DNA from: Candidatus Sigynarchaeum calidifontis
GTDB taxonomy: Archaea > Asgardarchaeota > Lokiarchaeia > Sigyniarchaeales > Sigyniarchaeaceae
Direction of reading: 5' to 3'
Assembly: GCA_030587475.2 (NCBI GenBank)
Contig: JAUQYZ020000089.1
Coordinates: forward strand, 1 to 64,000
Length of the DNA stretch: 64,000 nt
The notes under the pieces were generated by a model that made no database searches, had not been told where the DNA came from, and saw only the letters and a list, made by a program, of their open reading frames with translations. A program made the position numbers and the translations under genes. Shown one piece after another: positions 49,947 through 58,394 of this stretch (position 1 is its first letter; each line of letters opens with the position of its first letter).

Positions 49947-50996
49947 ATGGTGGCTCCATTTCGTGCCGATAGAGTTACCACGTGTGTAATCTTGATAGGT
50001 ACCTTGGTTCTTATTTCTACATTTCACGTATTTCTTGTCGCATCCACCAGTTATCATTTGCAATATTTCGGAGATGCAAATTGTCCAATCTGCTTGGAAA
50101 AGAAAAATATAATCGAGGACTTCGCGGTAATTCACCCAGAAGTCTACGTGGACATATACATGCTCGATTTCACGAACTCGACCCAGCAAGCCTTCCACCA
50201 AGCAGTATTTGAATCGCTGGGCTTAACACCAGGCCTTGGCGCGATCCTCAATCGTTCAGGAGAAATCTGCGTGCTCTACCTCGAATCGGTGACGACTTCG
50301 AATTTGGAACGTTGGTTAGCAGGCGATGATGTTTGCCAGCCGACATCGCTCATGCCGTGGGTCGCGTTCCTCGCGGGACTCGCGATCGGCGCATCCGCAT
50401 GCGTGCTACTCTTGTTAGGGACTATCGGAACCGCCGTCACGTCGGCCACGACCCGACGACACTACACCATCATCAGCACGGGATTGGTCCTTGGCGTGCT
50501 TGCCGGATACGTTGTCATCGGTGCCTTTTTCACATGGTTCGTTATATCTCTCGATTTCTTGAACGCGCTCAAGTACATCTTCGCGGTAGCGTTGTTGATC
50601 ATCGGCATTTGGCAGATCCTCGATTTCAAGCGGGAGAAAAGCATCATTTTCGGGACGCCGGGGAAGGTGAAGGACGCTATGAAACGCCTCATCTCCGGGA
50701 AGACCGGGACGGGTGCCTTCGTCGTTGGCTTGATGTTCGCGCTGATCAAGATTCCATGCTTCGGTGGCCCATTCTTGGCAATCGTATACGGGGCGCGCGA
50801 TGACCCGACCTTGTTTTTGACCATGATCGTCTATTTCGCAGGAATGTTTATCCCCTACATCGTTATCCTCGTTGCCATCGGGATGGGCCTGAGTTCAGAG
50901 CGAATTAACAACGCAAGGCTTAAGTATCGTCCTCACCTTCGCTTGTTGAGCGGTGCAGTGCTAATCATGCTCGTGGTCTACTTGATTATTTTTTAA
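49947..50996 (+). CDS. Glutaredoxin-like CxxC domain fused to CcdA/DsbD-type transmembrane domain
   Basis: Signal/TM, CPIC, then ASAC... and IPCFGGPF redox cysteines within 6 TMs. Confidence 0.85.
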   Translation: MVAPFRADRVTTCVILIGTLVLISTFHVFLVASTSYHLQYFGDANCPICLEKKNIIEDFAVIHPEVYVDIYMLDFTNSTQQAFHQAVFESLGLTPGLGAILNRSGEICVLYLESVTTSNLERWLAGDDVCQPTSLMPWVAFLAGLAIGASACVLLLLGTIGTAVTSATTRRHYTIISTGLVLGVLAGYVVIGAFFTWFVISLDFLNALKYIFAVALLIIGIWQILDFKREKSIIFGTPGKVKDAMKRLISGKTGTGAFVVGLMFALIKIPCFGGPFLAIVYGARDDPTLFLTMIVYFAGMFIPYIVILVAIGMGLSSERINNARLKYRPHLRLLSGAVLIMLVVYLIIF

Positions 50997-51030
50997 AATT
51001 AAACGTGGCGCGGCAATTATCCAATCGATA

Positions 51031-51294
51031 TTGCAATTCGTGTGGAACCAGCACGCCAACGAAATATTCGAGAATATAGGCACAGAGGCACGTGACAGCT
51101 CGCAAGCTTGGTTACCCTTGAGAACCGACCCGCAATTGACAATGCCCAACAATTCTTCGATTCTCATCACGCCTGATCCGGGTTGTTGATGACAAAAGGT
51201 GGAAGAACGCATAAACGACACGGATTACTACAAAGCTTTGAAATCCCGGTTCAAGAACACGAGAGCGTGGATCGAGAATTATCGAAAGATATAA
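51031..51294 (+). CDS. Candidate small selenoprotein with Cys-Sec-Sec motif (in-frame TGA TGA at 51187-51192)
   Basis: Frame open from 50986 to TAA 51292-94 except for TGA-TGA after TGT; reads MQFVWNQHANEIFENIG...PDPGC-U-U-QKVEERINDTDYYKALKSRFKNTRAWIENYRKI; SECIS-like hairpin downstream; alternative starts GTG 51040 and ATG 51142. Confidence 0.65.
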
Positions 51295-51317
51295 GCTATA
51301 CAGCGAGCATATCCAAA

Positions 51318-51360
51318 CCGGATGACATCGCTGCCGAAAGAAAAGCGCATCGGTGGACGG
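51318..51360 (+). promoter_or_regulatory. Eukaryote/Lokiarchaeota-type SECIS-like element
   Basis: ccg-gATGA-catcgctgc-cgAAAgaaaagc-gcatcggtg-GA-cgg: C-stem, 3-nt bulge, tandem GA/GA, 9-position stem with 1 mismatch, apical AAA 11 nt after ATGA. Confidence 0.7.
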
Positions 51361-51437
51361 CCAGCACGCGGCTGAGTAAAAAAAAAATAAAGAAAGAAGA
51401 AAACCTTGTCAAACTATCAATTTACTCAAAGTAGAAG

Positions 51438-52142
51438 ATGAACAAACACGTGAGAGTCGGAATCATCTCAGACGGCCAATCTGGTGAACGTGCCTTCCAA
51501 GCGATCAAGCAAGTGTTCGACACGACGTGGATACTCGTGCCCGATATACCCGCGACGACGATGATCGATGATGACTTGAAACTTGACATCCCGGACTGCA
51601 ACCTGTATCTCTCCTACGTGCGCCATCCGGACATCATCTTGATGCTCGCGGAGCTAAACAAGCCACTCATCATCGGCGTGCTGCCGGGCACGGGTTTACT
51701 CCGGCAAGCACAGTTGACCAATCCCCTTGTTGTAGGACCGCGCACCATGTGCTCGCTCGAACCGGGCAGTGGAATCCCGGAGATCGAAGAATTCTCGCGG
51801 CATTTCGGTCGCCCAATTTTTGAAATACAGGTGCAAGATGCTGATATTGTAATCAAGGACGTGACGGTGAAACGGAGATCTCCATGTGGTTCGTCGGTCG
51901 CAGGAGCTGACTCCATCAAGGGAAAACGGGTCGAAACGAAGAATCTCCAAGATTTCGCACTTGCAATATGTCACGAGTGCAGGGCACCGCGGTTTGGACA
52001 CACGTGCGACAAGGAGGTATCGGGCATGATCCACGTGCTCGCGTTCATCAAGGCTTTGCCCGAAGATGTCAAGGCCCGGCTAGACGAAGGCACGAAGGAA
52101 TTCATCAATGGGATCGATGCTGAATACCGGAGACGTCTTTGA
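51438..52142 (+). CDS. DUF166 family protein
   Basis: HPDI, PRTMCSL, FSRHFGRPIFEI, RRSPCGS, CRAPR, IH. Confidence 0.8.
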   Translation: MNKHVRVGIISDGQSGERAFQAIKQVFDTTWILVPDIPATTMIDDDLKLDIPDCNLYLSYVRHPDIILMLAELNKPLIIGVLPGTGLLRQAQLTNPLVVGPRTMCSLEPGSGIPEIEEFSRHFGRPIFEIQVQDADIVIKDVTVKRRSPCGSSVAGADSIKGKRVETKNLQDFALAICHECRAPRFGHTCDKEVSGMIHVLAFIKALPEDVKARLDEGTKEFINGIDAEYRRRL

Positions 52143-52145
52143 GAC

Positions 52146-52166
52146 GAGAGTCTCAAAGAGACTCTC
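52146..52166. other. Perfect 9-bp hairpin GAGAGTCTC-aaa-GAGACTCTC between DUF166 and the next gene
   Basis: Inverted repeat read directly. Confidence 0.6.
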
Positions 52167-52173
52167 ACCCAAA

Positions 52174-52422
52174 GTGAGGGTCGACATCTACGTGCCCACG
52201 AGCCGGTGCACGTGTGATTGGCAAGGTTTTATGAACATGGTGTTTGAAGTGCTGATGCCTTATCTCAAGGAGATCGACTTCGACACGAGGAATTCAGAAT
52301 CGGAAGAAGCCAAGGCAAGAAAATTGCCGGTTCATTGCATCGTCGTGGGTGAAGAGGTGTTCATCTCGGCTGCCGCATTAAAGATCCGGCTTCCAGCATT
52401 GATTCAGCAAAATAAAATTTAA
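52174..52422 (+). CDS. Small thioredoxin-like/ArsD-like protein with CxC motif
   Basis: VRVDIYVPTSRCTC beta-loop-Cys arrangement, LP.HCIVVG; GTG 52174 preferred over the overlapping ATG 52108. Confidence 0.65.
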   Translation: MRVDIYVPTSRCTCDWQGFMNMVFEVLMPYLKEIDFDTRNSESEEAKARKLPVHCIVVGEEVFISAAALKIRLPALIQQNKI

Positions 52423-52490
52423 TGCGTGCTTCGTCCAGTTCATTTATCATCTGCGTCTAATACCAATGATGAAAGGGATTGATTTGCTAG

Positions 52491-52745
52491 GTTCCATCAG
52501 CAAAGAACTCGTTAGCAAACTTCCTCACGCTGTTCATCACGGGCGATTATCTCGGCTGGGATCTCGTCGTGTTGCGGTACGTGTTCTCGTTCATTGCGGC
52601 GATATGCTGCGGAATGCTGTTTGCGAGAACGAAGACGGCAAAGGATGCCGTCGGGGATGTCCTTCGGGGATGTTCTCTGGCATTTTTTATAAAAGTCATG
52701 GCCGATTCTAAACAAGCATTCTGGTCGAGAGTGATGCCACGATGA
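52491..52745 (+). pseudogene. Start-less fragment of an ArsP/DUF318-like permease
   Basis: Frame after TAG 52488-90 reads ...NSLANFLTLFITGDYLGWDLVVLRYVFSFIAAICCGMLF..., resembling the LGW...R segment of ArsP permeases. Confidence 0.5.
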
Positions 52746-53089
52746 GCATTGTATTGAAACGGGAAGCCCGACAGTTCCTGGAAGCGATCAAGGAAGATGT
52801 GGACTTTTTACTCATCGACGGCACGCTGCAAGTCCCAGACGAAAAAGTTTGCGGGTGCTGCGGGCCACCACCATCGCCGGATTACAAGGTGCAGATATTC
52901 ACCAAGAAGGATAGCCCACAACACGTGATCAAGGAAAAAACAATTGAAATCGAGAAGATCGTGAAGTTCAAGTTCAGCAAGCAGCTTTACGATGCAATCG
53001 TCGCGGCGCGGCTCAACATCGTCGTTTTTTACCTGGAATCGACCGACGAAACACGGATCCCATCGACCCTCGTCGCGAAATTCATTTGA
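52742..53089 (+). CDS. Small protein with CGCC motif (HesB-like/CC-motif family-like)
   Basis: MSIVLKREARQFL...VCGCCGPPP. Confidence 0.65.
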   Translation: MSIVLKREARQFLEAIKEDVDFLLIDGTLQVPDEKVCGCCGPPPSPDYKVQIFTKKDSPQHVIKEKTIEIEKIVKFKFSKQLYDAIVAARLNIVVFYLESTDETRIPSTLVAKFI

Positions 53090-53105
53090 AACGAGGCAGG
53101 CATTC

Positions 53106-53267
53106 CTATTTTGATTCGTATTTTTCGCAGCCAGGCTCGTTCTTTCCAAGTATCTTGGCGAATTCACAGCGCATTGCATCGTCATCCATACTTATATTGA
53201 ACTTGCAAGATTCACACTCCGCCTTTTTTACGTCCGATGGTTTACCCGATGGATTCTTCGCACCCAT
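53106..53267 (-). CDS. 53-aa four-cysteine protein (CxxC-x12-C-x12-C), below the ORF-track cutoff
   Basis: MGAKNPSGKPSDVKKAECESCKFNISMDDDAMRCEFAKILGKNEPGCEKYESK; AGGTGA RBS-like motif upstream. Confidence 0.6.
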   Translation of the reverse strand: MGAKNPSGKPSDVKKAECESCKFNISMDDDAMRCEFAKILGKNEPGCEKYESK

Positions 53268-53436
53268 GAGGATTCACCTGAGTATTGGCCTTTTACTTAA
53301 TATTTAACTAGAGAATAGAAAAAAAAGGCTTCTGTTTTTCTGGAAAAAAGGAAAATCGGCTTTTTCAAATATAGCAATAGGATTCAAATCAGAGAAGGCG
53401 CTCAATCATCTCGTAATCCAACTGGTGTAGAATCAC

Positions 53437-53889
53437 ATGAGCGAATACAAAGTCGAACTAGAATGGCTCAATGATACCGCGAATCCATACAAGCGGATGG
53501 CGAGGATGGGTTCTACTGCTGACAAGCTCCCCGAGATCATTTGCGTCACGCCACCCGAATTCAAGAAGGGCATAGCGAATCACTGGAGTCCAGAGCACTT
53601 GTTCGTCTCCAGTTGCGTCGCGTGTTTTTTCACGACATTCATGAGCATCTCTGAATCGAGCAACCTTCCCGTGAAGTCATTCAAGGTTGGCGGAATGGGC
53701 ATCCTCGCCAAGGACAAGGATGGCAAGTCCGCGATGACCAAACTGGACTTATACCCAGAAATAGTGTTGGAAAAGGACGGGGACATCGAAAAGGCAAAGA
53801 AAGTTGCAGAAAAGGCTGAGGCCAATTGTTTAATTGCCAATTCCATGAAAACAGAAGTCATCGTTCACTCGTTAGTGCGAAAAGAATAA
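53437..53889 (+). CDS. OsmC/Ohr family protein
   Basis: PPEF.G, WSPEHLFVSSCVAC, AEANCLIANS. Confidence 0.92.
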   Translation: MSEYKVELEWLNDTANPYKRMARMGSTADKLPEIICVTPPEFKKGIANHWSPEHLFVSSCVACFFTTFMSISESSNLPVKSFKVGGMGILAKDKDGKSAMTKLDLYPEIVLEKDGDIEKAKKVAEKAEANCLIANSMKTEVIVHSLVRKE

Positions 53890-54182
53890 ATTGCGCGCGA
53901 TAACTTGCGTGCCGCTTTGCAAATTGACAAAAGTGAATTTTCAACCTTGTTTTTTCTCGTTCCCTTCAGAATAAAAGATCCCATAGCATCACGATATTCC
54001 CACCGGTTCTAAAAATGCAACAAGGCATATTACCTTCGCATCACGGCTCATTCCAGAAATGGAATTGCCCGTATTTCCACGATGATACTTCATTATTCTA
54101 ATCAGTTACAAAACGGCACTTTTTTATCCCGCTTCTGCGTCCGTGTAACCAATCAATTGCAGAGTGTCCCAGGTCGAAGAGC

Positions 54183-55286
54183 ATGATCATCGGAGTACCC
54201 AAGGAAATTAAGGATAACGAGTACCGGGTTGGCGTCACGCCTGGCGGCGTGGCGGCACTCGTTCGGGCTGGCCATGGCGTCATAATTCAGAGCGGAGCTG
54301 GTGTCGAAAGCGGTTTCTCGGACAAGGAATACCTGGACGCGGGTGCAAAAGTCGTTCAGGATGCAGCCGATGTTTGGAACACGGTGCAAATGGTCTGGAA
54401 AGTGAAGGAGCCGCAACAAGAAGAGTTCAAGTTCTTGCGAGAAGGCTTGATCTTGTATACTTACTTACATCTCGCCGCCGAACCCGATGTGACGAGGCAA
54501 TTGCTTGATCACAAGGTCCTCGCCATCGCATACGAGACGGTGCAGCTTGATAATGGTACACTTCCTCTGTTGACCCCGATGTCGGAGGTCGCTGGCAGGA
54601 TGGCGATCCAGATAGCGGCGCGGTATCTCGAACGCGAGAACGGCGGTCGTGGCAAGTTGCTCGGCGGTGTCCCGGGAGTGCGGCCCGCAGACGTCGTCGT
54701 CGTGGGCGGGGGTATCGTAGGCACAAACGCGGCCCGCGTCGCGCTAGGCATGGGTGCGCACGTGACGATCATCGATCTCAACATTGATCGATTGCGCTAT
54801 CTCGATGAAGTACTCTCCGGCAATTTCACGACGCTAGCGTCGAATCCCGTGAACATCACCGATGCGGTGGAGCACGCGGACGTGGTCATTGGTGCCGTCT
54901 TGAACGCCGGGGCCAAGGCACCCAAGCTCGTTACCCGGGAGATGGTGAACAAGATGAAACCTGGAAGCGTCATCGTCGACGTCGCAATAGACCAGGGTGG
55001 GTGCATCGAAACTGCCAAACCCACGAAACATAGCGATCCAACTTTCAAGGTAAACGACGTCATCCACTATTGCGTAACGAACATGCCTGGTGCGGTTCCC
55101 CGGACATCCACGTATGCCTTGAATAACGCCACGCTGCCGTATGCGATGAAGATTGCAAACCTTGGCGTTATGCAAGCGATTAAGGTAGACCCCGCCCTTG
55201 CGAGAGGCGTGAACACGTTCGGTGGAAACATCACGTGCAAGGCCGTTGCCGAGGCGCTCGGTTACAAGCATGTTCCATTGCCCTGA
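54183..55286 (+). CDS. ald: Alanine dehydrogenase (bacterial AlaDH/PNT type)
   Basis: GVPKEIKDNEYRV, KVKEP, YLHLAA, PMSEVAGR, DVAIDQGG, NMPGAVPRTST. Confidence 0.96.
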   Translation: MIIGVPKEIKDNEYRVGVTPGGVAALVRAGHGVIIQSGAGVESGFSDKEYLDAGAKVVQDAADVWNTVQMVWKVKEPQQEEFKFLREGLILYTYLHLAAEPDVTRQLLDHKVLAIAYETVQLDNGTLPLLTPMSEVAGRMAIQIAARYLERENGGRGKLLGGVPGVRPADVVVVGGGIVGTNAARVALGMGAHVTIIDLNIDRLRYLDEVLSGNFTTLASNPVNITDAVEHADVVIGAVLNAGAKAPKLVTREMVNKMKPGSVIVDVAIDQGGCIETAKPTKHSDPTFKVNDVIHYCVTNMPGAVPRTSTYALNNATLPYAMKIANLGVMQAIKVDPALARGVNTFGGNITCKAVAEALGYKHVPLP

Positions 55287-55303
55287 ATAGGATTTCGTAG
55301 TGT

Positions 55304-56032
55304 TCAAGTCCGTGAAAAGCCAGGTAACAAGGCCTGCCGCAACAACGACGAATGCTTGAGCAAGATATTCCGAAACACTCGGAAGGCATCGATGGCACAT
55401 TTCGGGAGAAGCGAGGTCGCTTCGATGCGGACTTTGCTATCGTTCTTCATTTTCCCGAGCATTTCATCTATCTCGTTGAGGATTACCTCGATCGCTGCTT
55501 TTTCCTTCGTGTCCTTCTTGTGCGCGAGAATTGTCACCCCAGCGTCGGGAGCCAGCTGGGCCCTTGCTTTCAACAAGGTCGCGATTTCCGTCGCTATCAA
55601 TGTTTTTTGCGATGTCCACGTGCCAACATCAATGACGTAAATTATCTCGTTCGCATTGGAAAGGAAAAGAGGTTGCTTGCCCGCGGTCACTTGCTCATAG
55701 TCATCGTGCCCGACGTCGACGACGGTTACCTTGAGGTCGAGCCAATCGTATGTGATTTCTTCGGTATCCTTCGTCGGGAGCAAGAAATCCGACAATATGA
55801 GCCGTGGATCCTTGTTCTCGAAGAAGGATTTCACGAGCATGCTTTTCCCGGATGCTGGTGGCCCCAGAACGACGATCTTGCAAGGCACGTGCCATTTAGC
55901 ATTCCCAGCATCGTGCGAGCTTGCTTCGACGAGCCTCGCCACGACCGCCTCGATCGTCTCGCCGCTCATCTTGAGCGCAAGCAATTTCTGGTACACCTTC
56001 GGGTCGATCTCGATGGTCTTCTTGCGCTCCAT
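55304..56032 (-). CDS. Ribbon-helix-helix (antitoxin-like) domain fused to Ras-superfamily small GTPase (Rag/Arf-like)
   Basis: KTIEIDPKVYQKLLALKMSGETIEAVVARLV; G1 GPPASGKS, G2 PT, degenerate G3 DVGH, G4 HKKD, G5 TSL. Confidence 0.8.
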   Translation of the reverse strand: MERKKTIEIDPKVYQKLLALKMSGETIEAVVARLVEASSHDAGNAKWHVPCKIVVLGPPASGKSMLVKSFFENKDPRLILSDFLLPTKDTEEITYDWLDLKVTVVDVGHDDYEQVTAGKQPLFLSNANEIIYVIDVGTWTSQKTLIATEIATLLKARAQLAPDAGVTILAHKKDTKEKAAIEVILNEIDEMLGKMKNDSKVRIEATSLLPKCAIDAFRVFRNILLKHSSLLRQALLPGFSRT

Positions 56033-56107
56033 GGCATTCACGTGATGCTTGCTTGAACCTAGCCTCGAGCGCCGGGAAAAAAAGGTTCGGAGCAAGACGA
56101 GAATGCA

Positions 56108-57049
56108 TTATTCCCTGGCGAGGGGGTGCATGCGCTTGTAAGAAGCGTTCAAGCTCTCGATATCATTCTTTGCATAGATGCGCGTGGTGTTTGGACTGGC
56201 ATGACCAAGCAAGTCCTGGAGCTCGCTGATATCCATCCCGTTCCGGCGCAGCATCGTTGCACCCGTGTGTCGAAACACGTGAGGGGTCATCTTCTTGTCT
56301 ACTGGAAAACCGAGTGCCTTTTTCAACCGCTGGAACAAGGTCTCCACGACGCGAGGCTTGATCGGCATGCCTTTCTTATTCGTGAAAAGCGGATCGTCCG
56401 GGTCGTGGCGATATGGAAGGATAAGCTTCTGGATCAAGGCGACGGTCTTTTGATCGACCGGTACCCACCTTTCCTTGTTACCCTTGCCGTGCAATCGCAC
56501 GGATCCCCTTTCCAGGTCCAGGTCCTTGATGCGCACCCCGCAGACCTCGGAAACCCGGCACATGGTCGCGTACATGAACCTGAGCAAGATGTATTCCTGG
56601 ATCCACTTGTGCTCGCGGGTGAACGTCAAGACCTTGTCGATCTCCTCTTTCGTGAGGAACTTGGGTAGATGTTCCGCGCTCGAGATGCGCGGGCTCTTCA
56701 CTTGATCGAGGGGATTCACTTGAATGCGTCCCATGAAGCGGCAATACCCGAAAAACGATTTCAGCGTGGCGATCTTCCGGGCGATCCCTTGCTTCGTGTA
56801 ATGCCTCTCATCTAGGGATAGCAGAAATTGTTTCACGTGGGCAACCTTGATGCCGGAGATAGTAGTAACGCGAGCGTGGTTCCCACTTGAAATCTTTTCA
56901 ACGAAATTAAAAAACATGTGGAGATCGTGCTTGTAGGCATGAATCGTGTTTTCCGATCGGCCCTCCTCCAGGCGTTTCGTGATCGCGAATTCCTCTATCG
57001 CATCCGCGATCTCGGCCGGGATGCCCTTTATTTCCTGGGTCGGCATCAT
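56108..57049 (-). CDS. xerA: XerA/XerC-like tyrosine recombinase
   Basis: RSENTIHAY N-domain; catalytic R (CRVSE), K (GKGNKER), HVFRH, LGH, Y (TRIY). Confidence 0.85.
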   Translation of the reverse strand: MMPTQEIKGIPAEIADAIEEFAITKRLEEGRSENTIHAYKHDLHMFFNFVEKISSGNHARVTTISGIKVAHVKQFLLSLDERHYTKQGIARKIATLKSFFGYCRFMGRIQVNPLDQVKSPRISSAEHLPKFLTKEEIDKVLTFTREHKWIQEYILLRFMYATMCRVSEVCGVRIKDLDLERGSVRLHGKGNKERWVPVDQKTVALIQKLILPYRHDPDDPLFTNKKGMPIKPRVVETLFQRLKKALGFPVDKKMTPHVFRHTGATMLRRNGMDISELQDLLGHASPNTTRIYAKNDIESLNASYKRMHPLARE

Positions 57050-57128
57050 GATTCATTCTCGATGCTCGATATGAAACCACGTTTTAAGAAAGAGCGAATG
57101 ACCGGAGTAATACCTGATGAATCATGCT

Positions 57129-57878
57129 TCAATGACGACGTGTAGAAAGGACTGTCGTGTTTTGGTCATGAATTGCCTTCCATCGCGGTGAATCGACCAC
57201 CATGACCTTGCCCTTCTTGAGCGATTCAAGATAGGCGAGGTTTTGCGAGATCAAGTCCTTGGATGCAACGATGGTGCCATGGCCAGGTACCACGTGTTCG
57301 ATATCAAGGCCGATGTAGTCATTCAAGGTTTCAATGTAGGAATCGAGGTCCGGCGTCGTGAGATACGGGATGGGAACCTCAAGATTATCCCCCGCATAGA
57401 GAACTTTATCAACGAGATCGATACATGATGATGAATCCATCGTATGACCTGGTGTATGCACGAACTCGATACCCTCGTTTGGAAACCGCAACCGGCCAAG
57501 AAAAACCTCGTTCGGTGGCGTGATCACGACATTTCCACGCGCAAACGCCTTGAAAGTTGCGAGTTCTTGCTTGCCGGTGGCTTTGATGATGTCCCGCGTG
57601 GACTCTTGACTCACGATGGCAGCGTTCTTGAAGTAACAGTTGCCCCAATGGTGATCCCAATCCGCGTGCGAGTTGAAAACGATCCACGGGTTATTTGAAT
57701 GGTTTTTGCGTATCTCGTCGGCGACGATCGCCATTACTTCAGGGCCGAGAAACGTATCACACACGAAAACATGCCGGTTGCCGAGTATCACGAGCATGTT
57801 GGTCGGCGAGGCATCGCCGAGATCATCGAACGAGAACACGATGCACCGGTTACCGACGCGGGTTGTTTTCACGGCCAT
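57129..57878 (-). CDS. MBL-fold metallo-hydrolase
   Basis: SHADWDHHWGN, GHT, AGD, PGHG. Confidence 0.9.
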   Translation of the reverse strand: MAVKTTRVGNRCIVFSFDDLGDASPTNMLVILGNRHVFVCDTFLGPEVMAIVADEIRKNHSNNPWIVFNSHADWDHHWGNCYFKNAAIVSQESTRDIIKATGKQELATFKAFARGNVVITPPNEVFLGRLRFPNEGIEFVHTPGHTMDSSSCIDLVDKVLYAGDNLEVPIPYLTTPDLDSYIETLNDYIGLDIEHVVPGHGTIVASKDLISQNLAYLESLKKGKVMVVDSPRWKAIHDQNTTVLSTRRH

Positions 57879-58394
57879 ATCAATGCATCTTCTTGCCTCG
57901 TGGCAATAAGCTTTCATTTACGAGCAAGTGAAGATTTACGCGAATAGCATTATATCGAATGCCCGAAGGCTATAACTACCTAGCACTATATATGTCTGGG
58001 CGAAAAAAGCTATTGGAGGAAAACGAGGTGAGCGAGCGTTGCCCTTTTCTGGCATATCGGATTTCGATGATGATGATCTGGTGATCGAATCGGTCATCTT
58101 TATAGCCGCTTTCCTTCTCGTGGCGATCGTCACGGCCAATACCATTGATGAATTTAAGACCCGTGAACGGGTGTTGGGTTATCCAGCAAGTTGCTGACAT
58201 CTTGGTTAAGAATCTAAAAAAATGACATCGAAAAGGTGAACGAGCAGGTCTTAGCATTGGTGAAAGATCGGATGTTAAGTAACAACATGATCGCTTGAAT
58301 GCTTTTTATCAAGGCATTCCAGAACACGATGTACGTGTTCTCTTTTGGGTATATCGGGATTTCTTTATTCCATGGCGTTCTGGATGATGGAGCT

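Noticed and set aside
51183-51434. 83-aa ORF from the ORF track (MLMTKGGR...)
   Set aside because: It overlaps the post-UGA half of the candidate selenoprotein and its SECIS in another frame, and has no recognisable features; treated as a shadow ORF.
52466-52711. 81-aa ORF MMKGIDLL...
   Set aside because: An alternative frame over the ArsP-like remnant, which looks more protein-like.
53890-54093. Minus-strand frame with TGA next to Cys between osmC and ald
   Set aside because: No SECIS and not protein-like; likely chance.
56108-58300. Integrated mobile element or dif site around the tyrosine recombinase
   Set aside because: No tRNA, att repeats, cargo genes or convincing dif palindrome seen; the protein looks like chromosomal XerA.
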